Source of the DNA: Paraspadella gotoi
Lineage: Eukaryota > Animalia > Chaetognatha
Assembly: GCA_051294375.1 (NCBI GenBank)
Contig: CM119267.1
Coordinates: 15,850,105 to 15,914,104 of the forward strand
Length of the DNA stretch: 64,000 nucleotides
Reading direction: 5' to 3'
Part shown: positions 35,061 through 48,491 of the stretch, piece after piece
How positions within the stretch are numbered: the first letter of the stretch is position 1
Layout: each line of letters begins with the position of its first letter
The notes under the pieces: model-generated
Databases searched by the model: none
Seen by the model: only the letters and a program-made list of their open reading frames with translations
What the model was told of the DNA's origin: nothing
Program-made: the position numbers and the translations under genes

Positions 35061-36922
35061 ATGAAAACAATGTCTTCATGGGTGAAAACCTCATTCTCAT
35101 TATGTCGCAACTTTCAAAGACGCACTTGTTCCACGTCGGCGGCCTCGCTCACGAAAACCCGAGGTTCGAAAACTGATTACGAATTAACACTCTGATCTCT
35201 GTCATAATTTCTTTTATTCTTCGCAGAGCTCAACTCACTGCTAAATCCACAGTCTCCCGATTATAACCCTGCTAAGCTGTTTCTGCAAAAAGACGTTCAA
35301 AGGCTTTTATACAGCGTCACCGGTTTCGATCTGAAGCGACTTGAAACTTCGTCGAAAAAAACAAGGATGCTCATGGTGAACTGATTACTAAGGCGTAGTA
35401 AAATTTCTAAATTTAACTTTAATTAAAATTCTAAAAGTGAGGAATAAACAACATTATACTAATGAACATTTATGTAATAAAAAAATTTATAATAAATTTT
35501 TCAATTTATACTAGTACTAAACCAATAAATGTTAAAATTTCAAAACAGTTTTTTTTAAGATATTTTTTGCAGATTTGGATTTATCATAAAAAGTTGATGA
35601 AAAGAAATATAACTCTTTTTGAAAAATTCTTCATAAGTGGGTCAAAAATTAGAAAAACTATATTTTAAGCTGAAAATTAACTTTTTATAGTTTTTTTAAT
35701 TTTTACCCCACTTAATGAAAGATTTTTTAAAAATGATTATATTTTTCTTTATAAACTTTTGACGAGGAATTCAAATCTGCAATCAAAATTAAAAAAAGCT
35801 TATTTTGAAATTTTTCGATTTTATAAGGATAGTACTATATATAAATATAGCCTACTGCGAAAATTAAAAAACATAAAATTATTTTTTTTTTACAAATTAA
35901 TGTTCACTGATGGTATGTTGTTCAAATTGACTTTTAGAATTTTCGTATGTAACTTTCACTACGCCTTACTGATTACTAATGAGGCTGAGACAGAAAAAAA
36001 GCTTTCTCACCCAAATTCTATGTAACTCGGACAAAATAACACTTGCATTGAGTTTACGCTGTTTTTCAGTTGCCCGAGGTACGTTTTTTGTCCGAAGAAG
36101 AATTGGAAATCGAACGACGCCGAGCGACTTTGAGAGCAAAGCGGAAATTTAAGATGCCACCTGTGTTGGCTCCACGAAAGCCAGGAGGAGATGTCCTCCA
36201 AACTGATGAACGATTGAGTAAACTGTTGGAACACAAACTAGTCTTCACAGACGTCTCTTATGGAGGGAGTGACCGAACCAGGTAACATCTTATTTCCTAT
36301 GTGGAAAAGTTGTATAGTTTCCAGTCTGATGCTTTTTTCTAGAATCGTCGTCGTACGCGAAAAAAACGGAACTCTTCGTTCGGCGACTTGGAACGAAAAG
36401 ATGAGGATGTCGCAGATTTATTTTCCTCAATTCGGTCGCGAAGTTTTTGTGCCACGAATGTTCCAACCGGAATTTCTTTCTGATTCTCTCAATAGCGTCT
36501 CCGCCCATTACATCCTCTCTCGAGCCTGCGTGCAATTTGAGCCCGACGATCCAGATTTTATCCGCGTCACCCACGCCGTTTACGACCATGTCGATCGTCA
36601 CGGCACTTACGACGACCTATGGTCCACCCGATTCTTTGGTGGCTTAGTCTTTTACTTATGTGGCGTGGCCCGACTGGACGGGCTACTTCTCGATCGTCTG
36701 CAGAGGCGCCGACTAGAGGACGCCGCCTCTGTGGTCCAACTGCTTTCGGTGCTGCATCCCTTGTGCAAGTGCGCGTTGTCAATTGAAATGGAAAATGCCG
36801 AGAGCGACGCAGATTTGGTTCGAGTTTACTTGAAAACAATGGGAAATGCCAAGACCCAATTGAAGGCGGCGTTGAATCGTTGCGAAAAGGACGAAATTGT
36901 AAACGTCGCCGTAGCGGTTTAA
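35061..36922 (+). CDS. MRPS22: Mitochondrial ribosomal protein S22 (mS22)
   Basis: Exons ~35061-35163, 35227-35375, 36070-36281, 36343-36922. Presequence-like N-terminus; FLQKDVQRLLYSVTGFDL; KMPPVLAPR...KLVFTDVSYG; IVVVREKNGTLRSATWNEKMRMSQIYFP; ACVQFEPDDPDFIRV; YDDLWSTRFFGGLVFYL. Confidence 0.9.
35389..35968. mobile_element. hAT-like MITE with an 8-bp target-site duplication in an MRPS22 intron
   Basis: TIRs TAAGGCGTAGT...ACTACGCCTTA, long imperfect inverted arms, TSD CTGATTAC at 35381-35388 and 35969-35976. Confidence 0.85.
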
Positions 36923-37009
36923 TATTACTGCCGTTAATGTAGTTATGTGGTTTTAAATTTCGTTCTATTTATGATGATTTTTTTGTTATTACAGTATTGA
37001 AAGAACAGA

Positions 37010-38010
37010 ATGGCTTCCCTAATTAAATTGGAAAAAATTGGGTTGGAAAAAACGTAAATACAAAAAATTATTTCTTTTAGGTGTTAAAATACTAGTTAAT
37101 ATAAAATTAACTTTAAATTAGACTAAATTATTAAATTTCTTTAGTTTTATATAGTAAAAGAAATTGAATGGTAATTACATCTTTTCCAAGACGAAAGCTA
37201 AACGACGTTATCGTGAGAATTCCGCACGGCTTAAAAACGATAAAAAAGTTGGTCGTTTACTTTGGCGGTGATGTGCAAGATTTTCACCGAGTCATGCAAG
37301 CCAACGAATCGAATCAGAAATATTCAAATTGGTCTCTCGAATCGACCTCGGACATATTGGGCGAAAAATTTGGGGAAGAATCTTTAATCATCACGGTTCG
37401 TCCCAGCCAGTATTATCTCGGAACCTTTGCCAAATTCGTCAATTTCGTCGAGACTGATTGGTTTTCCAACCCGACGTACAACCATAAAACCGACGACGCC
37501 TGGAAGCAAGTGGGAGAACTATTGATAGGCGTGGAATCGAGATTGAAAACAGACAGTAATGGCAACTTCCCAACTACCGACGATAGTGAACTTTTGATGG
37601 TGGGGTTCAGTAAGGGATGCGTAGTTCTAAATCAGCTTTTGCATGAAACTGTTTTTATCAATGAAAGGACGAAAGAAGAGCGGACGCCTTACCTTCCCGT
37701 TTTAGAGAAGTTGAGCGGAATCTATTGGTTGGACGGAGGGCATAACGGAACCGATGAAACATGGGTGACTGAACCCAGGGTTCTGACTGCTTTCTCTCAT
37801 TTAATCCTGCCCAATAATGTGCGTATTCACGTTGCGGTGACCCCTTACCAAATGAACGACAAACGACGACCACATGTTGCTCACGAGAAAATCGCCTTCG
37901 TTCAACAAATGAAAAAAATGGGATTTTTGGTCGACGATAATCTTTATTTCGAAAATCAACCGCGTGCCATCGATCTGCATTTCGAAATATTGCGAGTTTT
38001 CCAGGTTTAA
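37010..38010 (+). CDS. C2orf69: C2orf69/UPF0565 mitochondrial protein homologue
   Basis: Exons 37010-37053 and 37191-38010. Motifs VVYFGGDVQDF, YSNWSLESTSDIL, LMVGFSKGCVVLNQLLHE, IYWLDGGHNG..TWVT, IHVAVTPYQM.D.RP, LHFEILRVF. Confidence 0.9.
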
Positions 38011-38056
38011 AACTTCTGTTCTGTTGTTATTGTTTTACGCTGTTTTTCTTTTTAGA

Positions 38057-40308
38057 ATGGGGAAGAAGAAGACTCAACGGCAGCAGGACTTTCAGAAGGT
38101 CAAGCTAAAAGTCGGGAAAAAGCTGCAAAAATCACAAAATGAAACCAAAATCAGCTTAAAATCAAAGAAAATTCTCATCCGCGATCAGTTGAAGGTCAAA
38201 AACTCGGAGCAGCCAGCCACATATCGACAGTTGACCATCAAAGATCTCTTGAATCATTTATCCCATCACAATGCTTCGGTTCGGCACGACGGTGTCTCAG
38301 GAATCCTAGAGATTTTCTCTCGGGACGAAGCGGCGATCCTTGATCAAGTTTCTTCGCTCATCGAACGTATTTCTCCAATTTTTGTGGACAAAGATGCCAA
38401 TGTCCGTAAAGTGGCCAGAAACCTATTACGCAAAATCTTTGTTCGCGTCACCGTATCCCGGATGGAACCTTTCTTTCCTCTGCTCGTAGCCCACTTATGC
38501 TGCGCAATGACGCACATCGACGAGGACGTTAGACGCGACTCTCTCGAAATTTTCGACCTCTGTCTCGATTCGTATTCGGGTTTGGTTGTGAGAGACGTCA
38601 AGCGATTCTTCGAACACTTTTTAAGACAAATCTCTTCCAAAATTGGTTTCACTAGCGACGTGGCCGCCGCTCTATTGGTGACGCCAACAGATAAGATTTC
38701 CGCCGATCGTTGGAGGAAGGAAGTGTTTGACAGGTTGTCTAAGATGTTTAAAGCCTTGTCTGCGGATTTAAATGCAAAGAGTGGGACTATTGAGAGAGGG
38801 CTGTTGTCGGAAACGACGCCCATCTCGGAACTTACCACCCCTATCATGGTTTATATGACCTCGTCGCGATTCATTCTGCACCGTGCCACTGCCATTTGCC
38901 AAGACACTTTCGCCGGTGCTTTTGGCCCCGCTGATGTTTTAAAATTCGGCGAAACAGTTGTCCCACTACTGTGTGACAGTTGGTTGGAAGCGGCCCCTCT
39001 GGATAGCGCCGCCTCATCGTCTCGTGTGCACTCCAGAAATTTACCTTACGAAAGCTTCGCTTTATTGGGTTCCATCGTATCTTTTTTGCAGGTAAAATTT
39101 TTTTTAATTTTCCTTTTTACTGGATTTTTGTTAAATGATTTGACAATTTCTTTTTAAGGCTTTTCTGTCATACGCTGAGAAACTCGACGAAAGTGGCGAA
39201 AGCGTGGTAACATCTTTGTCCAAGGAACATTTCTCCAAATTAGCCAATCGCTTTGTACCCTCATTTCCTATAGCAGAATCCGCGTTTGCTAAAAAGAGAA
39301 AACAGGACGGTCACGCCCCTTTTATTAATCTTGGACTTTGCGAAATTCTCACATTTGACGTCAGCGTCTTCTCGAGAAAAAAACGACCTTCGTGGCTTGA
39401 CTTAGTTGTCGACCACCTTGAAAACTTTTTCTCTTCGTTGAGAGAAGCCTCCGAAGAAAACGTTCGTTTGGCGTTGAGGATCTTGGGCCGTTGTTGCAGA
39501 TCCCCATCGTTCGCAGTTCACTCGTTTCCTACGATTTTCCGAGAAATCACTCCCGATTACTTCGAACTTGATGCTGGTTGTCAACTCTCAATTCTCAAGT
39601 TTTTTTCCGACTTTCTTGTCGAATTTTCGGGATTCTCGTTTAAAAAAGATTCTGCCTTCATCAAGGACGGACCAGTCCAGGCTTGGCTAGCAAAGCTTCC
39701 TGCGTTTCTCAAAAGAATGTTTACGGTAAAATATTAATTACCCAACGTGTTGTACGATATATGAAAATAAATTTCATAAATTGAATTTTCAGGAAACACC
39801 GCCCTCGCCGGATGGAAAAAACGATTTGCGTAAAACCTATGCAGAAAGAGTTTTTCATCTTTTTTTCTTGGCCGCGCGACAGGGACACAGCGAATCCGTT
39901 CCTTGCTCGGAATTGCTGATTCAGCTTTTGGACCGAAACGTTTACGACATCCTGACGCCGAAGCTACAAATTCAGCTTCTCACACTGCTCGGTCGTACCG
40001 ATCTGGACGGCGATAACGGAAAACTTTTAAACCACTTGTCGGCGTTTATTTTGGAACGCCCTTTCAGCCATCGCGTTTTAGTTTTGGAGACCTTGGAGCT
40101 CGGATGTAATCGAGATTCGTTAATTGCATTTTGTTTATCGCTTCTAATGAAAAAGTCCTTCGTGGAAATCAAACGGTCGCTAACATGGAGATTTGGAAAA
40201 GTTGGAATTCTCGGTTGTCCACGTGCTATTGAAGAATTATTATTGGATCAGGACGATAATTTATTAGAAACGAAAATACTTCGTAAAACTCTTGACAGTG
40301 CCTTTTGA
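38057..40308 (+). CDS. TEX10: TEX10/Ipi1 (rixosome subunit)
   Basis: MGKKKTQRQQDFQKVKLKVGKKL..N.T, LSHHNASVRHDGVSG, PFFPLLVAHLCCAMTHIDEDVRRDSL. Three exons (introns ~39092-39158 and ~39726-39792). Confidence 0.9.
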
Positions 40309-40367
40309 ATTGTTTTATTCATGATTCGCTTGTTTGTTTTTTTTTTTCAGTTAACGTAGTTATTGTA

Positions 40368-42850
40368 ATGACTCAAATGTTGGCGCGAACGTTCGGTTTA
40401 GTGTCGCGGTTTTCCCGCGACTCTCTGCTAAGTTGCTGTCGTCGCCCCTCCGGCGGATTTCACCTCAGAAAAACGTCGACCAATCGACTTTCGGCCGTTT
40501 CCTCCGCGGCTATTTTCTCCGCAAGGTTCGCGGCGGTCGGCGTCGGCTCCTACGTTCTTTTTCAAAACAGAGATCTCTTAAAAACCTGCTTCCGCGCCAA
40601 ATGCTTAGAAGACATAAAACCCCCGATCGGCTTGGTACAAACCCTGTTTCGGAACGCCAAGTATGGCAATCATTTTGAGGTGAACCGTATTCTGAACACC
40701 AAGCAAGTCGACCCAAACATTCGTCACCCCTTGGGATGGACAGCCCTTCACGTCGCCGCTGTCAACGGACGATACGCAGTGGTGGAGGCGCTCCTCGACG
40801 CCGGCGCCGATCCTGACGTCAAAGAGGAATTTTCCACGGCCTTCCGGGTCGCTCGGGCCAAGCGCACTATGAACTCGTTGGAGGTCACTATCAAACGCGA
40901 AGAAGAATTTCACGACCGTCTCAATCCCAATCGGTCCTTCGAAGGATCCACCGCTCTTCATTACGCTACCCTAGTAGACAGCATCAACACGGTCAAGGTT
41001 CTCCTCAATAAGGGCGCCAATCCACTAATGAAGAACGCCCTCGGCCACGCTCCCTTAGACTACTGCAGAGAGGAGAACGTGGCTTTGAAGAAACTGATCG
41101 AAGACGGAATCAAGGAATACGTGAAGCGGAAGCATGAGGAGGAGTTGGAGGAGAGGAGGAGATTTCCGCTTGAGCAGCGACTTCATCAGAGCATCATCGG
41201 CCAAAATGTGGCTATCAACGCGGTGGCGGCGGCGATTCGAAGGAGGGAGAACGGATGGGTGGACGACAATCATCCTTTAGTTTTTCTTTTCCTTGGCTCG
41301 TCGGGCATCGGGAAGACGGAAATGGCGAAACAGGTGGGTTTGTTAAGGCGTTTATTTGGAGGGGGGGGTTCCTTTCCAGTTTTAGCCAGCCAGTTTCCAC
41401 CGTTTTTTAGCTTTTTGATTTTCGATTGTAAATTTAATTGTATATTGTTTTGTTATATATTTTGTCAAATTAAATAATTTTAGCAAATTTCATTCGATTT
41501 CAATGAGTTATCCCCGTTACCTTCAACGCCATTTTAAAATTTGAGAACATCTTTTCGTCTCAGGTGGCCAAATACATTCACAAGGACGACGCTAAGAAAG
41601 GCTTCATAAGAGTCGACATGTCCGAGTATCAAGAAAAGCACGAAGTCGCTAAGTTCATTGGTTCCCCTCCCGGTTACGTCGGTCACGACGACGGCGGCCA
41701 GCTTACTAAGAAATTGCGTGAAATGCCCGACGCCGTTGTACTTTTTGATGAAATCGAAAAAGCTCATCCCGACCTGCTGACCATACTTCTGCAGCTCTTC
41801 GACGAAGGCCGGATGACCGACGGCAAGGGAAAGACCATCGAGTGCAAGGAGGCGATCTTCATCATGACTTCCAACCTTGCGGCCGAGGAGATCGGAGAGT
41901 ACGGCCGACAACTGAGGGAGGAAGAGGCCGAATCGATGGAGCGGAGGAAAAAGATGAGTGTGAGTAAATTATTTGTACTTAATACCGCTCTCAATTTGTC
42001 ATATCATTTCTTTATTTATTGACCACTTGACCACTAAGACTAAGAACGATAAGAGTTGGTACCGATTTCTTCTCCACTTCCTTTTTTCTCTTTAATATAT
42101 AGAGAAAACAAAGTTTTATTTGTTAAAAAAGTCAAAACACTGTCTTTAATATTTAAAATTTACAGAGTTTTCTTTGCACGCTTTCCCATTTCAGAAAGCG
42201 AGCGGTGCTAGATCGAACAATAAGTTGGGCGACGACGACGTTTCTCAAGAAGTGGAAGAGCAGATTACCATCTCGCGAAAGTTCAAGGACCGCGTAGTGC
42301 AGCCCATTCTAAAGCGCCACTTTAAGCGCGATGAGTTTCTAGGGCGAATCACCGAGATGGTCTATTTTCTTCCTTTTTCCCGGTCCGAGTTGCAGCAGTT
42401 AGTTCTCAAAGAGTTGGAATATTGGAAGAAAAAAGCCGAGAAAAATAACGGGATGGAACTTACTTGGGAAACGGAGGTGAAATGAGAAACTTATTCAAAA
42501 AGATATGTTTTTAAATCCAACGAAAGTTATATTTTATTTTGTTTATAATCAGTGTCTCATTGTTTTAGGTCCTCAATGTTTTGGCAGATGATTATGACAT
42601 TCGATATGGTGCGAGATCTATCAAACATGAAGTAGAGAGGCGTGTGATCAACCAGATAGCCAACGCTCATGAGCAGGGGGTTTTACCGGATGGATGCAAA
42701 TTAAGATTGGTTGCCTCTCTTAATACGAACGAAGACGTTAGTGATAAGGATGGAAAACCAAAAATGATTATAAAACTGCAAGTGTTAAAACAAGAAGCTC
42801 CTGGTTTTTTTGGGAAAAAAGAGAAATATGAAGACATTTCCGTGATTTAA
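40368..42850 (+). CDS. CLPB: Mitochondrial ankyrin-repeat AAA+ disaggregase CLPB/Skd3
   Basis: Presequence-like N-terminus; ankyrin [13 protein letters not shown]; RRFPLEQRL; Walker [10 protein letters not shown]; [27 protein letters not shown]; Walker [12 protein letters not shown]; [14 protein letters not shown]. Four exons. Confidence 0.95.
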
Positions 42851-43006
42851 GTGATATTGTACTCGTTTGTTGAAAATTATTTATTTTCTTTTTAGGTGGT
42901 TCAGTAGGTTATAATGTTAAATTATATTATCGCACAATTTAAACTCTCTTCGGCTTTTATGAGCGGGAACGTATTTTCATAAGAAAAGTTAGTTTTCGCC
43001 TCGACC

Positions 43007-45282
43007 ATGGATGAAACTCCTTTGGATAAACGGGATTCTTTCGTTAAATGGCAGTTGGGAGAGAGAGAGAAGGAATATACGACATTACAAAATTTCAAAA
43101 TATACACTGGTGAGAATTATAGCATTTCTAATTCTACAAAAAAAAAAGCTAATTGATTCTTATTTAAGCGATTGGACTGTTCTGATAATTATTTATTATT
43201 ACGCAAGGAACGTGGAATGTAAATGGCCAATCGGCGTCAGAATCTTTAACGCCCTGGTTGGCCGTGGACTCGGTGCCTCCTGACATCTACGCCGTCGGGT
43301 TTCAAGAATTAGATCTCAGCAAAGAAGCGTTTCTTTTTTTCGATTCACCGCGTGAACCGGAATGGTACGAGGCCGTCACCAAGTCTTTACATCCAGGGGC
43401 CAGATACAAGACAGTGAAGAAAATTCGCCTTGTGGGGATGATGCTCATTGTCTATGTGAAAGAATCCCTCTCGTCTTTTGTGCACGACGTGTTCGCACAA
43501 TCGGTCGGCACTGGCCTCATGGGAACAATGGGAAACAAAGGTGGCGTGGCCGTATCTCTCAAGTTTCACAACACTTTTGTTTGTTTCACAAACTCTCACT
43601 TGGCGGCGCACACGCACGAATACGAGAAACGAAACCAAGATTTCAAAAACATCAATGGCCGGTTGTTGTTTTACCCAGATCCATACGATCCGTCCCGTTC
43701 CTTCGATATCGACAATCACGACGTGATATTTTGGTTGGGCGATCTCAATTATCGAATTCAAGAGACTTTTGGCGTTGAAAAGGTGAAAAGTATGATCATC
43801 AGTAGACAATTCGAGCAACTGTTGGCTCACGATCAATTGCGACTTAGCAGGGCAGCGAATAAGTCCTTTCAAGGTTATAAGGAAGGTCAAATTCAGTTTC
43901 CACCAACTTACAAGTACGACACTGGTACCGACGATTGGGATTCTTCCGAAAAGGCTCGTGCTCCTGCCTGGTGCGATCGCATCCTGTGGAAATCGCAGCC
44001 GTTGTCCTCCCGTCGGACGTCGAGGAGTAGCGAGAGCGAAGACGAAGGACTTGTGCGTCAGTTGTTCTACCGAAGTCATCCGAAACTCAAGCTATCTGAC
44101 CACAAACCCGTCTCCGCCATTTTCGATGTTAAGGTCAAGGTTGTGGATCCGAAGAAGCGGAAGAAAGTCTACGAGGAGATCATGAAACATCTCGACAAAT
44201 TAGAGAACGAGTGGTTGCCCCAAGTTGAGTGCGACGCTCTTGAACTTGACTTCGGAATCGTCAAATTTATGGAATCTAGCGTCGCTAACTTGGGCATCAC
44301 CAACACGGGTCAAGTTCCCGTCCAGTATTCTTTCATAAACCGCCTTAAACCCGACAGCAAAGAGTTGTCGAAGCCATGGTTGAAGATGCGAAACGCCTCC
44401 GACATTATCATGCCCGGCGAAAAACGTTTCATTGAGATGGAGGTTTTTGTTGACGCCTCGACCGCGGGACAATTGACGCGTGGCAAAGAAATTATCGACG
44501 AGATTCTCATTCTTCATCTAGAAAACGGGAGGGACATCTTCATCACCGTCAGCGGAACTTATCAACCGTCCTGCTTTGGTTGCAGTCTCTTCGCATTGTG
44601 TCACACGTTGGAGCCCTTGAAGAACCTCAGTCATCAACAAATCAAGGATTTGGAAAAGCAGGCGGGATCAATTGATAAAGGGTTGGATGCGTTGACGCTC
44701 GTCTCCGAAGTAGAATCCCCGGTCCAAAACGCCTACGACATTCCGAAAGAACTCTGGATCCTTGTAGATTACATTTACCGCCACGGGCTGGACAGAAAAG
44801 ACATATTCCTAGAGACGTGCGAGGATCCTGGCGACTTCGTCAAAGTGCGCGAATTTCTCGATTCGTACACACCAGATAAAGACCCGCCATCTTCCGAAGA
44901 TGCCCTCTCCGTCGACGCGGTCGCCAACGCTCTAGTCATCTTCCTTGATGCGCTTCCCGACCCCGTGATTCCTTTCTCGCTCTACGACAGATGCGTCGAA
45001 AACGCGCACAGTGAGGCCGAAGCGGCCGGTATTGTGGAAATGCTACCTCCCTTTCATCGAAGCGTATTTCAGTATGTCGTCGCTTTTCTCAAAGAACTGT
45101 TGTTGCACAGTAAAAAGAACGGACTTGATCGCGTCATTATAGCTACTCTCTTCGGTGGGGTTCTTTTGCGATCACCAAGACCGGAGCAGGACAATAGACC
45201 CAAGATGAGACTCTTAGCTAATAAAAAGGTGCAATTCCTTTTCCACTTTTTTGATGGGGAAATAGACGATTTGCAAACTTGA
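43007..45282 (+). CDS. OCRL: OCRL/INPP5B-like inositol polyphosphate 5-phosphatase (5-phosphatase, ASH, RhoGAP-like)
   Basis: Exon 1 MDETPLDKRDSFVKWQLGEREKEYT...KIYT splices to GTWNVNGQ. Motifs DIYAVGFQELDLSKEAF, GNKGGVAV, NSHLAAH, FWLGDLNYR, PPTYKYD, PAWCDRILW, SDHKPV; ASH domain; IPKELWILVDY...LPDPVIPF. Confidence 0.92.
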
Positions 45283-45774
45283 GGACAACGAAATTTTCAT
45301 TTTCATCTCAGGACAGACTTTCTTGTGCCTTGATTATTATTTTAAAAGTAATACTTACTTCCATGGTGACAGTAAAGCATGTACATCAGAATGTCTTTGC
45401 TGTAATAGTAAAATTCATTGTTAGAACAGTTTAAAATTGTATTAAAAGTAGAGCAGTAAATTCTATCTGGCTTTTTATTGCACGTTACTCTTTTCCGCTT
45501 CAATATTTATAAACAGGTTGAAATTTTCAGCCACTTATTCCAGTCATACCTTGAGTATTATACATAGAAAAAATACTCTTATACTTTGAATATAAAAAAG
45601 GAAATTTGTATTTGATGTATTAATTTTAATACTGTAACAGTTACAAATTTGTAAGTCGTGAATTATGAATCACATGCTTTGTTTTATTTGATCAAGTCAT
45701 TTATTTAGTCTTTCATGCCATTTTTTTATATATATATTAGTGGTTTTCTTCGAACTCGGCATAATCGTGAAAAA

Positions 45775-48491
45775 ATGAATATCACCACGCTGGATTGCCC
45801 GGATGGCTGGCCCCCTCTTCCCCCCGGGCCTCCTCCCGTTCCTTCTTCAAAAACTTCCCTCTCTTCTCTTCCTTCCTTCCCTCCTCCTCCTCCTCCTCCT
45901 CCCTCTTCAGGTATTTCTACAGGAACGCCGCCGCCACCCGGCGAATCGCCTTTCGACGCTACGTATCCCCCTGGAATCTCTCCAAGTGGCACCGGATCAT
46001 CCAACGGCGGTCTCGCGGCGTGGGAAAAAGCCAATCAGGCGTTGGCCGCGTTGAATCAGTCGCAAAGGACTCAGCAGCCACGTCCCGGGGCTCCGAAGAA
46101 AGAAGATCAGGAGAATGCCTGGCAGCCTTACCATCCGCCGGCCTGGGGAGGCGTTCCTCCTCCGGCTGCTGGGCCCATGTCTAGATTTCCAGTTCCACCT
46201 CCCTACGGCTTCCCCCCTCGACCCCCCTTCGGCTATCCACGTCCTCCCGTTATGGGTCTCCCTCCGTGGTCTCGCCCGCCCATACGGGGGGCGACCCATA
46301 TTGCCGGTCCTTCTCGTCCACCTATGTGGGGAACCCCAAGGCCCCCGGCATCCTCGAGTGCTTCCGCCGTATCGTCAGCTTCTACCACAGCGTCTCAGCC
46401 AATCAGATTCAATCTTCAATTCAAAAATAGCACCGCATCGTCGGCGCCGCCGCCGCCGCAGTCTGTTGCAGTGCCGTCTAAGCCGAACACGTCGGTTTCA
46501 GTTACGAGCGAACCTCCGAAAAATGCGACACCAGGTGAGCTTTCAGACTCGTGAAAAAACCCTGTGGCTTAGAAAAGCACGTTAACGAGTTACGGCTTTT
46601 TAATGTTCCTTGGCGATTTAATAATGTCGTCGACGTTGGTGAATTCTATTGCCGTTAAAACTTGCAAAATAGGTATTTCCCTTTTTTTAAGTGTTGTTTT
46701 TTAACCCTATTACGTAACCTTTTAATTCTGTATTTTTTTATAGGTATGGCGGAGTGGCCGGAATCTCTTCGTCGCTACGTGACGCAGTGCTTTTCTCGGT
46801 GTCAGACTGAAATCGACAAAGACCAGACGGAAATCATACTCAAGGGCAAGTTGACGAGGGCTTTCGGCGACGGCTCCGCTTGGAGCGTTGATTGGGACAA
46901 GGAGGCTTTGCCTACGCTGCACAGCGATAAAATCAAGGAGATGAAAAAGCAGTCGCAATTGGGTTCCATTAGTTCACCCAGTTTGGCCGTCGGTAATCAG
47001 TCCAGCGGTCAGGGTTCGGGTTATGACCCCATGAGCATGTTTCGAGGACGAGATAAGGGAAAGAAAGGCAATAAGCAACAACCGCAATCAAAACAAACAC
47101 CGACGCCTCCGCCGCAGCAGAAGCCGGAGCAGCAACGTAAGCCGAAACCTATGACGGCCTTCAGCAGGGTTCACGGTAATAACGCGCGTGACAGGTCTCG
47201 TTCACGCTCGCGCTCGCGATCCCCGGAGGATCGTAAGCGCGGGCTGCGCGGACGAAGAAGCCAGCTTGGAGGGCCCGGATCCACCGGAAGTGGCTCTCCG
47301 TCCGATGAAGACGACGAAGACGATGTCGCGCGAGGTGCTGGGCGTTCTTTCGACGCACCACGCTTCGGAGGCCGGGGAAAACACAAGGACGAGGGCAGGG
47401 GAAAGAAGAGGCAAAGCGTCGGCGGTTTCGTCGCCCATAAAAACAAGGGAAAGCAGATCGGCAATGCCCCTGATGATCCCGACAAAGAGGCTCGTCTCGC
47501 CAAGCGGGCTGCCAGGTTTCAGGATCATTTGACCGAGAATTCGTCATCCGGCACCGTCTCCCCCCCAGTCGCATTTGGAAATAGGAAGAACAAGAAGCAA
47601 CGAACGAGCGGCATCTATTCCCGACTCTTCAACGGGGGCTCTCCGTCGATGGCCAGGCAGTCGGGTTTCAACCTTAACTCGTTCGCGTTCGCCATGGGAG
47701 GTGACGAGGGGGAAATCGACTGGAGCTCCTTCGCCATCAAAGGCACTTGCGCCGAAGTGGAGAAAAAATACCTGCGTCTGACGGCGGCGCCTGATCCGAC
47801 TACTGTCCGCCCGCCCTCTATCCTCCGCAAGTCGCTCGAACTGGCCAAGAAGAATTGGAAAGAGAAGGGCGATTACCTCTCTACCTGCGATGCCCTCAAG
47901 TCTATCCGTCAAGACCTGACGGTGCAGTGCATCCGGGACGCGTTCACCGTTGAGGTATATGAGACTCACGCGCGCGTAGCCATCGAGCGGGGCGATAGGG
48001 ACGAGTTCAATCAGTGCCAGACGCAACTGAAAAACCTCTACAAGACGATCCCTTCGCCCAATTCCAACGAATTTACCGCTTACCGTCTGCTTTACTACAT
48101 TTACACGAAGAATACTCAAGAGATGGGGGCTTTTCTGGCGCACATGACGCCAGCAATAAGGCACGATGCGTGCGTGCAGCACGCGCTAGCCGTGCGAAGC
48201 GCGTGGAGTAGCGGGAATTATGTGAAATTTTTTCGTCTTTACACAAATGCTCCTCACATGTCGTCGTCCCTTGTCGACTTTTTCGTGGAGAGGGAGAGGA
48301 AGGAGGCCTTCGTCAAAGCCGTCAAAGGTTACCGACCGTCCCTTCCCGTCTCCTTCGTTGTCTCGATGTTGGCCTTTCCCGATATCGATGCTTGCCGAAA
48401 GTTTCTCGATGAACTCCAAGTAGTGTACATCGATAAGCCGGAGAATACGAAGATCGACTGCAAAGCTACTCAAAACGTCGTGGCTTTGTAG
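45775..48491 (+). CDS. LENG8: LENG8/Thp3 (SAC3/GANP-PCI family) protein
   Basis: Pro-rich exon 45775-46534. Exon 46744-48491 contains WPESLRRYV..CF, IKGTC..VEKKYLRLTAAPDPTTVRP, LKSIRQDLTVQ.IR..FTVEVYETHARVAIE.GD..EFNQCQTQL, EFTAYRLLY. Confidence 0.92.

Noticed and set aside
43387-48473. Long antisense ORFs over OCRL and LENG8 (also over JADE, CLPB and LIG3)
   Set aside because: They are shadow frames of GC-richer coding sequence with no recognisable motifs.
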